Positions 47,376 to 57,009 of a DNA stretch of 64,000 bases are shown here, in pieces. Made by a program: the position numbers and the translations under genes. The stretch comes from Candidatus Coproplasma stercoravium (GTDB lineage Bacteria; Bacillota; Clostridia; Christensenellales; Borkfalkiaceae): contig DVFR01000046.1 of assembly GCA_018713165.1 (NCBI GenBank), forward strand, positions 6,637-70,636. The letters run 5' to 3'. The notes beneath the pieces were generated by a model. That model searched no databases and had not been told where the DNA came from. It was given only the letters and a program-made list of their open reading frames with translations. Position 1 is the stretch's first letter; every line of letters begins with the position of its first letter.

Positions 47376-48693
47376 AAATACAGCTAAAAAAAGTCCGCCC
47401 GAAGGCGGACTTTTCCGTAAAGAGAATATACCGCAGGCGTTCCTCGAACGCATGAAAGAGTCGCTCGGCGCGGAGTCCGGCGATTTTCTGGCATCGTACA
47501 ATGTGCCCGCCGCCCGCGGCGTGCGCGTAAATACGCTTAAGATTTCGCCCGAAGAATTCTGCAAAATTGCGCCCTTTGCGCTCGAACCCGTTCCGTGGTG
47601 CGACTGCGGCTTTTACATTTCGGAAGAAAAGCCGGGCAAATTCATAGAGCACGCCGCAGGGCTCTATTACGTTCAGGAGCCTTCGGCAATGTGCGCCGCG
47701 CCGCTCCTCGGCGATATATCGGGCAAAACGGTGCTCGATATGTGTTCCGCCCCCGGCGGCAAGGGCACCCAGCTCGCCGCGCAGATGAGGGGCGAAGGTG
47801 TGCTGTTTTTAAACGAAATAAACTTTTCCCGTGCAAAAATTCTCTCGCAGAACACCGAGCGCATTGGCATAAAAAACGCCGTGGTAACCGTTGCCCCGCC
47901 CGAAAAGTTAGCCAGCGCGTATCCTGCCTGCTTCGACGCCATTCTCGTCGACGCGCCTTGCTCGGGAGAGGGTATGTTCAAAAAGGAGGAGGCGGCGATT
48001 TCCGAGTGGAGCGCGGAGAACGTAAAAATGTGCGCCGCGCGGCAGGCAGATATTCTTGATAATGCCGATAAACTATTAAAGGCGGGCGGTTCGCTCGTAT
48101 ATTCCACCTGCACTTTTTCGGAGGAAGAGGACGAGGGGATGATAGAGCAGTTTTTAAAGCTCCACACAAATTATAAATTGCTGCACATGCAAAAGCTATA
48201 TCCGCACAAGGTGCGCGGCGAGGGGCATTTTGCCGCCCTGCTGCAAAAGACCGACGGCGAAGAGGGCGAAATGCGCCCCGCACCCGCGGCTAAGCTCAAA
48301 GAACGCGAAAAACTTTACCGCGACTTCGAGCGCGCCTTTTTAAATATCCGTTTCGAAAATCTTTTCGCCGCCGGCGACAGCCTTTTCTCTCTCCCTTATG
48401 GCGCGCCCGCACCCCAATTACAGACGCTCCGCGCGGGCGTTAAGCTGGGCGACTTTATCTCCGGCAGGTTCGAGCCGTCCCATTCGCTCGCAATGTGTTT
48501 AAAACAGGGTGAAGCCGATTTTGTTGAAGCAGACGAAGATACTGCAAAAAAATATCTCTCGGGACTTACGTTCGGCGTCGGCGGCAGCGGCTGGAAAGTC
48601 GTGTCGTACAAAGGCTATCCGCTCGGCTGGTGCAAGGCAGGCGCAGGCATAGCCAAAAACCACTACCCGAAGGGGCTGCGCACGAGCTATTGA
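47368..48693 (+). CDS. RsmB/RsmF-type rRNA cytosine-C5 methyltransferase
   Basis: 441 aa. Contains DMCSAPGGKGTQLA, DAPCSGEGMF and YSTCTF. It overlaps the upstream gene by 8 nt. Confidence 0.8.
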   Translation: MNKNTAKKSPPEGGLFRKENIPQAFLERMKESLGAESGDFLASYNVPAARGVRVNTLKISPEEFCKIAPFALEPVPWCDCGFYISEEKPGKFIEHAAGLYYVQEPSAMCAAPLLGDISGKTVLDMCSAPGGKGTQLAAQMRGEGVLFLNEINFSRAKILSQNTERIGIKNAVVTVAPPEKLASAYPACFDAILVDAPCSGEGMFKKEEAAISEWSAENVKMCAARQADILDNADKLLKAGGSLVYSTCTFSEEEDEGMIEQFLKLHTNYKLLHMQKLYPHKVRGEGHFAALLQKTDGEEGEMRPAPAAKLKEREKLYRDFERAFLNIRFENLFAAGDSLFSLPYGAPAPQLQTLRAGVKLGDFISGRFEPSHSLAMCLKQGEADFVEADEDTAKKYLSGLTFGVGGSGWKVVSYKGYPLGWCKAGAGIAKNHYPKGLRTSY

Positions 48694-48757
48694 ATATTGT
48701 CGGGCGGCGCGCAAAACAGCTAAACCGCATTGCTCAAAAAATTTAATATTATCGCAT

Positions 48758-48789
48758 AAAAAAGCGCTCCCCCGCGGGGGAGCGCTTTT
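48758..48789. terminator. bidirectional terminator between the rRNA methyltransferase (+) and the giant surface protein (-)
   Basis: AAAAAGCGCTCCCCC-gc-GGGGGAGCGCTTTT. Confidence 0.8.
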
Positions 48790-48805
48790 CAGCTCTTAAA
48801 AGCTC

Positions 48806-51800
48806 TTATTTGTCTTCGCTTTCGCTCTTTTCGCTCTCGACTTCTTCGCTGCTGCCTTCATCGGCACTTTCCGTCGTTTCTGCGGGTGCGTCGGCCTCTG
48901 CGTCATCTGCATTGTCCTCGGCATTTTCCGCGGGCGCTTCATTTGCTTGGCTTTCGGTCGCTTCACCCTCGCCGTCCTTTGCGCCTTCCTCTACGGCAGA
49001 CTCGGTTATTCCGAGCTTGCGGATGTAGTGTTTGCGCTTTCCGGAGTAAACGTTTTTAACGTATTTCCTGTTGCGCCTTCTCTTTTTGATAAGGTCTCTT
49101 ACGAATATCGAGATGAGCGTGAAGATGAGCACTACCGCAAGCACAATCGAGGCAACGAGCAGCCATACGTTGGTGTCGCTCTCGGTCGTGGTGTCGTCCG
49201 TCGAACCGCCGTCGTCTACCGTGCCGCTTTCAACGGTTACGTCGGTTGCGGAGTAGTCGACGAATACGCTCATGCTGTTGTTTTCCCTGTCGCTTATGCT
49301 GAGGTAAACGAGCGTTTCGCTGTAATCGTCGGGGTTGTAGTTATAACCCGTTTCTCCGTCTGCCGCGGTGTCCATATTGAAGGGAACGTAGCCCGCATCG
49401 TCGTACAGGGAGTAGGTGTAGTACATCGCCTCGTAAGAGGTTATCTTATCGTAGCTGTCTTTTACGTTTTCGTTATCCGCAATGTCTGCGGGTACGAGCT
49501 TGCCGCTTTCAACGAACCCGTCGTAGAGATTCTTATAGTAGCTGATGTTCTGCTCGGTATCCTTTATAAGTCCTTCGCTGAGCAGTCCGTATTCACGGAA
49601 TATTTCAAGGTAGCTTGCCTTAATCTCGTCGGAGTAAGCCGTGGTGAGGTCGCTAAACGTTGTTTCGTCAACCGTTTCGTTGCTGTAATCGAATATCACG
49701 TAGCTTCCGGGCACGCTGCCGTCGTTGTTGACGGTGTGGGTGGTGCCGTCCGTGGTCACGCCGCTTGTCTCCCTCGCGCCGCTCCACAGCTCGAGGCTGT
49801 ACGAAACGTCTTCATCGCCCGTGTGAACGTAGAAGGTAACAGTCTGCCACGTGTCGGCAACGTAGTTTCCGTTTTTGTCGTATCCGAGCGCGGAGAGGTT
49901 TGCCGTCTCGGCGGTCGCCCCGCCGAAGAGCCTGCCCTCGGAGTCGTATCTCGCGTCTATTACCGAGTAGAGCTGTTTTGCGGTATTCGTGTTGTCGTAC
50001 CTTAAATCTGCTCCGCCGTTCTCGCTTCCTATAACGAAGTTGGAAACGGGTTCGGAATAGCTTACCGTGCTGTTTCCGTCGCTGTCGGTATCGGTTATGA
50101 TATAGCGGTATTCGCCGTCCTCATATCTGAATACCCTCGTCGTGGTGCCGTCGGAATTTTCGGTAACGAGGTAGTGGGGTACCTGAATGCCGGTTCCGTC
50201 GGTCTTCGCCGCTTCTTCCTTGCTTATATAGTAAACGGTGTCGCTATCGGCTTCTTCGAGTATTACCGCCTCGTCTGCGCCCGCCGCCCAGTACTCAACG
50301 TCCTCGGCATAGTAAACTCTCGAGTAGTTGTACATGTTGGCATAGAGATTGCCTTCGCTGTCCTCGTAGAGTCCGTCCTCGCGCGTGTAGTAAACGATGT
50401 GGTCGCGCGCCTCGTAGCTGTCGTCGTCGTAGTCGGGCTCGCTGTCGAGCACGTTGCCCGCCGCGTCGTACCAGAAGCTGTATTTGGGAAGGCTGAACGA
50501 GGAGATGTCGGTGCGGCTGCCGTCTTCGGTCAGATATACATAAGCCGCGCCGCCCGCGCTCACTTTAACCCTTACGGTTATCGCCTGGTAGCTCGAGGAG
50601 GAAACGGTCGTCGCGCTGCTTGCAAGGAAGCCGTAGTTCATTGCCGCCGTGCCGTCGTCGAACACTCTGAGCGCGTTTACGATAAGCAGGGGCTGAACGG
50701 AGGAGGAGCCGAATATATCGTTCCATATTCCCGCCGCCTCGTTTGCCGCGTTTATCTGCGAAAGCTGTAGTCCGTTACTTGCAAGCAGGCTCTCGAGCCA
50801 TGCATAGCTGCCCGAAGAGTCGCCCTGCGCAGCCTCTATATAGTTTCCGAAGTAATCTTTATTGATAAGTCCCGCGCTGCCGTTGTCGTTTCTCTTGTCG
50901 GCATTGTCGGGGTCGATTGTGTCTTTGTAAACAACGTTTGCGCTGCCGCCGTTAACTCCGTCGTAGGAGGAGGGGCGCGTTATGTTGCTCTCGATATTGT
51001 TGCTGAGCGAACCGTAAACGCTGTCCATGTAGTTATTTTCGCGGTTGTCGGTGCTCTCGAACGAGAAGCTTGCAGCGTACGTTCCTGTCGACGCGAGGCT
51101 GAATACGTCCTCGTCTACCGAGAAGGTCTGCACGTTTGCAATCGCCGCCCAGCCCGCTTTATACGAAGCCGCTGTCGTATCCTTAATCGTCGACGTCGTT
51201 CCGAAGCTGAAATCTATCTTGAACGTCTTTTCCGCGTCGAGGGGATTTTCAACGAAGAAGAAGCACTGCAGCCAGCCGCCGTATATATCTTCTTCGTCGC
51301 CAGCGTCGAACGTGATGTCGGTCGTGTCGACGGTGAGCGAAGCCGAAGTTTCTTCGTCCGCCTCGTCGTAAATGCTTATCGTAGCCGCGGTAAAGCCGCT
51401 CATGTCGGACGTCCTCACCCAGAACGAAATCATCTTGTATCCGCCAGCCTCAACGGTGAAACTGTCGTTCTCGCCGCTTATGGTGGAGGTGTATGCCGCC
51501 CCGCGCGAGGACAGGAGCATGAGAGCCGTCGTGTCGTCGCTTGCGCCGGGGAGAGAAGATGCGTTCGAAAGCACGTCCTCAATCAGCGTTGCATAGCGCT
51601 GCGCGCCCGCAGAACTGCTTGAAGAGAGTTCGTCGGAGAGAGTTCCCAGGGTAAACGCGCCTATAACGTCGTTGTCGGTGCCGAGGTTGAGCGTGTGGTT
51701 GAGCAGCGTGGTGCCGTTATCCTTCGTGCCTACGTTAATAAAGGAGGGGGTGCTGCCCGAGGTTACGTAATTGTCGTCGTCCTTGGTGAGCGCTGCCGAG

Positions 51801-53104
51801 GCGTTTGCCGAGGAGAGCGCGTTATCGGCTCTCTCCTGCCTTGAAGTAAGGTCGATAAGGAAGTTTCTGCCGTAGCCTGCCGCAAAGTCTGCGTTCGACT
51901 TGAAGCTGTCGTAGCTGAACACCTTCTCGTCGTCGCTGTCGCTTATCGTGCAAACGGTGTCGGCGTCGTCGTGGGTCGCGGAATTTACGATGTATCCCGC
52001 GGCGTCAGCCTCGTTGTAGTTTTCGCTGCGCGAAAGGTTCGGGTAAACCGTGCACTCTATGTCGTCGAAGAAGGCGTATCCTTCGAGCACTCTCGAATAG
52101 TCGCCGTCGTCGTTTGCAAGACCGAGTCCCACTTCAATCGAAACCACGCTCGTTGCAAAGTCGCAGCCCTGAACGTATATGGTGTACTGCACCCAGCCGT
52201 TGTTTTCGGTTATGTTCGAGGTGTTTATGGCCTCTATATAAAAAGTATCTATCGTATTGTCGCCGACCGACTGTTCAACCGCGATATATGCGCCCAGTCC
52301 ATCTTCGGGCGTGTCGCCGTTGCGGTTATACATAAGGTCAGAAGTCTTTACCCAAACTGAAATCTCCGCCGCGGTGTTGGGGTCGAGCGTAACCGTGCTC
52401 GAAGAGCTGTAACCCTGCGCCGTACCGTATCTCTGGTCGATGTTCCTGTAATTGTGAACCATCAGAACGTGGCTTTCGTAGAGCTGGGTGTTCGCCTCGT
52501 CAGTATAGTATCTCCCGTCGTCGCCTACGTATATCGGCTGAACGTCGCCGTTCTCGTCGGTATAGGAGTAGCTGCCGTCGGAATTGACTATGATGTCGTG
52601 GGTGAGCGGATTATCTATGAGGGCCTTGTCCTCGTCGGTCGCGTCGCTCGCCAGCGCCGAATGGGGGTCGGCATATGGAATGTCGCGTGCGCGCATGCCG
52701 TTGTAGTCGACGTAAAGGTCGTCGTAATTCTCGTCGTTCTCGTCGAGGTTATAGTTGTCCTCCAGCCTCGTTGCAAGGTCGCTTGCCGAAATAGCGTCCC
52801 AGCCGCGCTTGCTCGTGTCGATTATGCCGTTCATCGAGTAGTTGGTCTGGCCGGAAACGGAGGCTGTCCAGCTGTCAGGCGTGTAAATGATTCTCGTTTC
52901 GTCGTCGCTGTCGCTGAAAAACTCGAAATTGCCGTTTAAGATGGTCTGGGTATCCACGGGGGTAGAGGAGGAATCGTCGCTGCTGTTGTCGTCGGTAGTG
53001 CACGCCGCGGCGAAGCCGAGCGAAGCAACCATAACGCCCGACAGGAGCGCTATCGAAATCTTTCTCATTATTCCGTGTTTAGAGTGATATTTCTTTTTGT
53101 ACAT
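48806..53104 (-). CDS. giant D/S/T/Y-rich cell-surface protein with an N-terminal lipoprotein-type signal and a C-terminal TM anchor
   Basis: 1432 aa. The SD aggtg is 5 nt upstream. It has a signal peptide with LGFAAAC, a C-terminal TM VWLLVASIVLAVVLIFTLISIFV, then a KR-rich segment and an acidic tail. Confidence 0.7.
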   Translation of the reverse strand: MYKKKYHSKHGIMRKISIALLSGVMVASLGFAAACTTDDNSSDDSSSTPVDTQTILNGNFEFFSDSDDETRIIYTPDSWTASVSGQTNYSMNGIIDTSKRGWDAISASDLATRLEDNYNLDENDENYDDLYVDYNGMRARDIPYADPHSALASDATDEDKALIDNPLTHDIIVNSDGSYSYTDENGDVQPIYVGDDGRYYTDEANTQLYESHVLMVHNYRNIDQRYGTAQGYSSSSTVTLDPNTAAEISVWVKTSDLMYNRNGDTPEDGLGAYIAVEQSVGDNTIDTFYIEAINTSNITENNGWVQYTIYVQGCDFATSVVSIEVGLGLANDDGDYSRVLEGYAFFDDIECTVYPNLSRSENYNEADAAGYIVNSATHDDADTVCTISDSDDEKVFSYDSFKSNADFAAGYGRNFLIDLTSRQERADNALSSANASAALTKDDDNYVTSGSTPSFINVGTKDNGTTLLNHTLNLGTDNDVIGAFTLGTLSDELSSSSSAGAQRYATLIEDVLSNASSLPGASDDTTALMLLSSRGAAYTSTISGENDSFTVEAGGYKMISFWVRTSDMSGFTAATISIYDEADEETSASLTVDTTDITFDAGDEEDIYGGWLQCFFFVENPLDAEKTFKIDFSFGTTSTIKDTTAASYKAGWAAIANVQTFSVDEDVFSLASTGTYAASFSFESTDNRENNYMDSVYGSLSNNIESNITRPSSYDGVNGGSANVVYKDTIDPDNADKRNDNGSAGLINKDYFGNYIEAAQGDSSGSYAWLESLLASNGLQLSQINAANEAAGIWNDIFGSSSVQPLLIVNALRVFDDGTAAMNYGFLASSATTVSSSSYQAITVRVKVSAGGAAYVYLTEDGSRTDISSFSLPKYSFWYDAAGNVLDSEPDYDDDSYEARDHIVYYTREDGLYEDSEGNLYANMYNYSRVYYAEDVEYWAAGADEAVILEEADSDTVYYISKEEAAKTDGTGIQVPHYLVTENSDGTTTRVFRYEDGEYRYIITDTDSDGNSTVSYSEPVSNFVIGSENGGADLRYDNTNTAKQLYSVIDARYDSEGRLFGGATAETANLSALGYDKNGNYVADTWQTVTFYVHTGDEDVSYSLELWSGARETSGVTTDGTTHTVNNDGSVPGSYVIFDYSNETVDETTFSDLTTAYSDEIKASYLEIFREYGLLSEGLIKDTEQNISYYKNLYDGFVESGKLVPADIADNENVKDSYDKITSYEAMYYTYSLYDDAGYVPFNMDTAADGETGYNYNPDDYSETLVYLSISDRENNSMSVFVDYSATDVTVESGTVDDGGSTDDTTTESDTNVWLLVASIVLAVVLIFTLISIFVRDLIKKRRRNRKYVKNVYSGKRKHYIRKLGITESAVEEGAKDGEGEATESQANEAPAENAEDNADDAEADAPAETTESADEGSSEEVESEKSESEDK

Positions 53105-53287
53105 ATAACACCTGCATTGATTTGTAGTAAGGCAAAAACTTTTAAAAACCGTACTATGATATTTTAATATAAAAGGTGATTATAAGCAAGCAATTTTCCG
53201 ACCGTTTAAATGAAAAAACAGTTAAATTTATTTAAATTGCGCAAACTTATGCAAAAGGGGCGCCCCGTTGCGGGCGGAAGGAGTTTT

Positions 53288-53653
53288 ATGAACGGCTTAG
53301 GCGAAGTTATGCGCGCTGTTTTGTCGGGCGCGGCGGTGGGAGCGGCAAACGGATTGTTCGGAGGAGGGGGCGGAATGATAGCCGTGCCGCTGCTTTCGGG
53401 CGCGATGAATTACGAAGAAAAGTGCGCCCACGCCACGGCGATACTTATAATCGCACCCGTAAGCCTCGCGGGCGCGGTGGCGTATATCATATCGGGCTAC
53501 GCCTTTGCGGACGTCGTCATCCCCGCCGCCGTCGGCATGACCGCGGGAGGCGCGCTCGGCGCCGTATTTTTAAACAAACTTCCGCTCACCGCGGTAAAAA
53601 TTATCTTCGTCGCGGTAATGTTTGCTGCGGGAGTGAGGATGATTCTGCCGTAA
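53288..53653 (+). CDS. TSUP/TauE-SafE family half-size (4-TM) transporter subunit
   Basis: I take the ATG at 53288, which follows ggaaggag, as the start. Sequence begins MNGLGEVMRAVLSGAAVGAANGLFGGGGGMIAVPLL. Confidence 0.65.
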   Translation: MNGLGEVMRAVLSGAAVGAANGLFGGGGGMIAVPLLSGAMNYEEKCAHATAILIIAPVSLAGAVAYIISGYAFADVVIPAAVGMTAGGALGAVFLNKLPLTAVKIIFVAVMFAAGVRMILP

Positions 53654-53669
53654 GCGGCAGGCGTGTGGT

Positions 53670-54053
53670 ATGGGATTTATATTTATAATGTTGTTTGCGT
53701 TTGCCGCGGGACTTCTCGGCGGAATGGGCATGGGCGGGGGCACCATTCTCATTCCCGCGCTCACGCTCTTCCTCGGCATAGGCCAGCACGCCGCGCAGGC
53801 GGCAAACCTGCTCGCCTTTCTGCCGATGGCGCTTTTAAGTTTAAAAATTCACTCGGGCAACGGACTGATAAAAACGCAGGGCGCGCTGTGGATAATACTG
53901 CCCGCCGTCGCGCTCTCCGCGGGCGGCGCCTTTCTCGCGGCGTTCACGCCCGCCGACCTTTTAAGGCGGATGTTCGGCGCGTTTTTGGTTGCGCTCGCCA
54001 TAAAACAGGCGTTCGATTTGCGCATGCTCTTCAAAGCCAAAAAGAGCAGATAA
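53670..54053 (+). CDS. TSUP/TauE-SafE family half-size (4-TM) transporter subunit
   Basis: 127 aa. Sequence begins MGFIFIMLFAFAAGLLGGMGMGGGTILIPALTLFLG. Confidence 0.65.
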   Translation: MGFIFIMLFAFAAGLLGGMGMGGGTILIPALTLFLGIGQHAAQAANLLAFLPMALLSLKIHSGNGLIKTQGALWIILPAVALSAGGAFLAAFTPADLLRRMFGAFLVALAIKQAFDLRMLFKAKKSR

Positions 54054-54063
54054 AGTTAAATAA

Positions 54064-54104
54064 GGCGCGTGCGGACAGATATTCCGCACGCGCCGAAATC
54101 TTAT
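54064..54104. terminator. bidirectional terminator between the second TSUP half-gene (+) and spoVB (-)
   Basis: GGCGCGTGCGGA-cagatat-TCCGCACGCGCC. Confidence 0.65.
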
Positions 54105-54143
54105 TTTAAGCCGATTGCCCGCCATATATGGCGCAAATAAATA

Positions 54144-55673
54144 TTAATTTTGCACATTCTTGACCTTTCTGCGTTTTAAAAGTCTGTCTTTCAGCGGGGC
54201 GAGGGAATACGTTTTAAACAGCAGGAACGCCGCCGCGGCAAACGCCGCAAGCACGGCGGCGCACACTATCAGCCGCCAGAACGCCGCAAGGTAGTTTTCG
54301 AGTATTCCCACAAATAATATGCCGAACGCGCAGCTCATCGCGCAGGCCGCCGCGCATCTTATGCCGTAGCCGAATATCTTCATCCCGGGGCACAGCTTTT
54401 TCAAAAGGCGCATGTTGAACGCCGCCGTAATCACGAACCCCGCGCCCAGCCCTATCACGTACGAATATACCCCCACGGCGGGCGTGAGCGCCGCTATGCA
54501 TATAAGCGTTGCCGCCGCCCCGCAGAAGTAGTAGATAAGCGTCGCCTTTTCCCTGTTCATGGAATTGAGCACTGTGTTCGTTATCATAGAAATGCACATC
54601 GGCAGCAGTATAAAACAGCAGTTTTTAACAATCTCCCCGCTGAGCGCGTCGGAAAATAGCACCTCGCCCACCGATTCCCCGAGCGCGAACAAAAAGGGTA
54701 TCAGCGCAAAGGCAATCAGCATTGCCGATTTTACCGATTTTTCCACGTCCCTTTTCAGTCTTTCCGTCCTGTTTCTGTAAAAGTTTTCCGAAAGTTCGGG
54801 CGCCAGCACCACGGCGATGCTGCCGATAAGAGATGAGGGGATAAACAGTATGGGCACGGCCATTCCCGCGGCTGCGCCGTAAAGACTGACCGCCTCGCTG
54901 TCGGTATATCCGCACATTTTCACGAGCAGGAAGGGCATGAGCACCGCCACGAGCGAGTTCAAAAGCGAGGTCGCCGTCCTCATCGCCGTGACGGGCAGGG
55001 AGGAGGAGAGCAGCGGTTTCAGCTGTTTTGAGGGATTTACCAGCCGTCCGCCCTTTTTGAAATACCAGAACAGTGACACCGCGAACGAAAACACGTACGA
55101 AACGAACACGGCGACCGCCGCCCTTCTCGCGCCGTCGGCCGCGCCTGCCGCCCCCGCGACGAGAATACACCCCAGTCCGACCATGAGCGCGTCCTCTGCA
55201 AGCTCTATGAGGGAGTAGGGCATAAACTGCCTGTCGCCCCAGAACGCTCCGCGCATCACCGAATATACCGAGGTGAGAATAAGCCCGGGGAGGATTATAA
55301 GAAAAACTTCCAGACATCTCTCGTCCGAAAACAGCAGCCCGAAAATTTTCTGCCCGCCGAAAATGAGCGCGACGGCGGGCACGGTAAAAATCAGCGTGCT
55401 CACGATTCCCGCCGTGACCACGGCGCTTCTTCCCGCGGTATTGCCCAGCGCGTTCTGTTTGGTGATAAGCCTCGATACGGTTACGGGCACGCCCGAAGAG
55501 GCTGCCGTAAGAAGCACCGAAAAAACCGAAAGGGCTATCTGGTAAATGCCCAGCCCCTCGGCGCCTATCATGCGCGAGAGCGCTATGCGGTAAATAAAAC
55601 TCAGCGTTTTTTCCACGGTCGAGAAGAATGTCACCTGCGCCGTCGTCTTGTAAATGCTCGTACTCATCAACAA
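54144..55673 (-). CDS. spoVB: MOP-superfamily flippase, stage V sporulation protein B-like
   Basis: 509 aa with about 14 TM segments. The N-terminus TFFSTVEKTLSFIYRIALSRMIGAEGLGIYQIA is typical of SpoVB and polysaccharide-biosynthesis proteins. Confidence 0.7.
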   Translation of the reverse strand: MLMSTSIYKTTAQVTFFSTVEKTLSFIYRIALSRMIGAEGLGIYQIALSVFSVLLTAASSGVPVTVSRLITKQNALGNTAGRSAVVTAGIVSTLIFTVPAVALIFGGQKIFGLLFSDERCLEVFLIILPGLILTSVYSVMRGAFWGDRQFMPYSLIELAEDALMVGLGCILVAGAAGAADGARRAAVAVFVSYVFSFAVSLFWYFKKGGRLVNPSKQLKPLLSSSLPVTAMRTATSLLNSLVAVLMPFLLVKMCGYTDSEAVSLYGAAAGMAVPILFIPSSLIGSIAVVLAPELSENFYRNRTERLKRDVEKSVKSAMLIAFALIPFLFALGESVGEVLFSDALSGEIVKNCCFILLPMCISMITNTVLNSMNREKATLIYYFCGAAATLICIAALTPAVGVYSYVIGLGAGFVITAAFNMRLLKKLCPGMKIFGYGIRCAAACAMSCAFGILFVGILENYLAAFWRLIVCAAVLAAFAAAAFLLFKTYSLAPLKDRLLKRRKVKNVQN

Positions 55674-55779
55674 TATTCTACAAATTGTGCGCGCCGAATA
55701 TGAGTGTGCGCCGCCGCCGGACGATAAAATTTTTGCATTTTGCGCACATTTGCCGTTCCCCGCGGCATATTATATAGCG

Positions 55780-56076
55780 ATGTACGAGCTTAAACTTGCA
55801 AGACCTTCCTTTTACAGGGTAAAGAGGGGGCAGACGGCGAAGGATATATCCGCCGCGTTCGGCTGTCCCGTTCCCGAAGACGTCGCCGAGGGCGACATAA
55901 TAGAGCTTCCGCGCGGCAACTTTTTCACCTATTCCGCGCGCGTGGGCGACAGTTATTCCTCGATAGCCGCAAAGTTCGGCGTGGGTGAGGCGGAGCTCAA
56001 AGAGCTCAACGGCGGCAAGCCCGTGTATCCCACCTGCCGCATATGCATACCCATGGCAGGCGGCGGGGCGGAATAA
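55780..56076 (+). CDS. small protein with two LysM-like repeats
   Basis: I take the ATG at 55780 as the start. The two repeats are YRVKRGQTAKDISAAFG and YSARVGDSYSSIAAKFGVGEAELKELN. Confidence 0.6.
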   Translation: MYELKLARPSFYRVKRGQTAKDISAAFGCPVPEDVAEGDIIELPRGNFFTYSARVGDSYSSIAAKFGVGEAELKELNGGKPVYPTCRICIPMAGGGAE

Positions 56077-56139
56077 AATTAAAGCGCCGCATATGTAAAT
56101 AAAAAGCGGCGCAAATCATATAATACACTATAAAATTGC

Positions 56140-56207
56140 CGCGCCCGCACAGGCGCAGGCGCCTCATGACGCCTGAGTTTTTTCCGCCGCTTAAACGTGC
56201 GGGCGCG
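56140..56207 (+). promoter_or_regulatory. structured leader upstream of the 56235 ORF
   Basis: An 11-bp outer stem cgcgcccgcac/gtgcgggcgcg encloses CAGGCG-cctcatga-CGCCTG followed by ag and T6. Confidence 0.35.
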
Positions 56208-56234
56208 CTTCCCAAATAAAGACGGAGGTTAAAA

Positions 56235-56888
56235 ATGTCATTTTTTTCCAATTTTCAGTCGGATAAATGTCCCGGCACGATAAGCGGCAACCCGCTTAAC
56301 GGAATGTGTGAAAAAGTGTGCATTCAGGCACAAAAGATTTTCGATGCCTGCATCAAGCAGATTCAGCTTGAAAATTACACGCTCACACTCACCGACCTCG
56401 TGCCTGCCGACCCTACATACCCCCTGACGTTCATAAGCGCCAAGTCGACTACTTCGGCGGGCACCATAACGGCGCTCAGCGTCGACAGGCTTGCCGACAA
56501 GCCCGGCTGCGCGCGCGTGCAGGCAACGGTGAATATTCCCGTTGAGGTGCTCTATACCGACGCCAACGGCGTCGAAGGCAGCGCGCAGTCGACGATAAGC
56601 GTAAAGCAGGACGTTCTGCTGTTCGTTCCCGCGCCCTCAATCATGCCCTATAAGGTCACTGCCGAGGTGAGCGCTGTATGCGCCGAAGGCACCTTCAACG
56701 AGGAGTCGGGCACGTTCACGGTAAACGCGTGCGTCACCATAATCTTAAAGGTGGCAATCGACGTGGAGATTCTTCTCCCCAGCTACGGCTACTGCGCAAT
56801 TCCGCCCGCACAGGACTATTCGCAGGAGGTATGCGCGGGCTTCTTCGAGCTGCCGCTCTATCCCCAGGGCAACGTCCGCACGAAGTAA
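56235..56888 (+). CDS. hypothetical Cys-containing protein (possibly spore-associated, from context only)
   Basis: 217 aa. The SD ggaggt is upstream. The N-terminus reads CPGTISGNPLNGMCEKVCIQAQKIFDACIKQ. I do not recognise a family. Confidence 0.55.
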   Translation: MSFFSNFQSDKCPGTISGNPLNGMCEKVCIQAQKIFDACIKQIQLENYTLTLTDLVPADPTYPLTFISAKSTTSAGTITALSVDRLADKPGCARVQATVNIPVEVLYTDANGVEGSAQSTISVKQDVLLFVPAPSIMPYKVTAEVSAVCAEGTFNEESGTFTVNACVTIILKVAIDVEILLPSYGYCAIPPAQDYSQEVCAGFFELPLYPQGNVRTK

Positions 56889-56958
56889 CAGCACCGCACT
56901 CCGAGTTTCTTTTCTTCGGTGAGCCGTTGGTGAGCCGCAGGTTATAAATTCTCCTTAT

Positions 56959-57005
56959 AAAAAAGCGGGCACGCGCCATTTCGGCGCGTGCCCGCAATTC
57001 TGTTT
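56959..57005. terminator. bidirectional terminator between the 56235 ORF (+) and spo0A (-)
   Basis: A 5' aaaaaa run, then GCGGGCACGCGCC-atttc-GGCGCGTGCCCGC followed by aattctgtttt. Confidence 0.75.
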
Positions 57006-57009
57006 TCAA

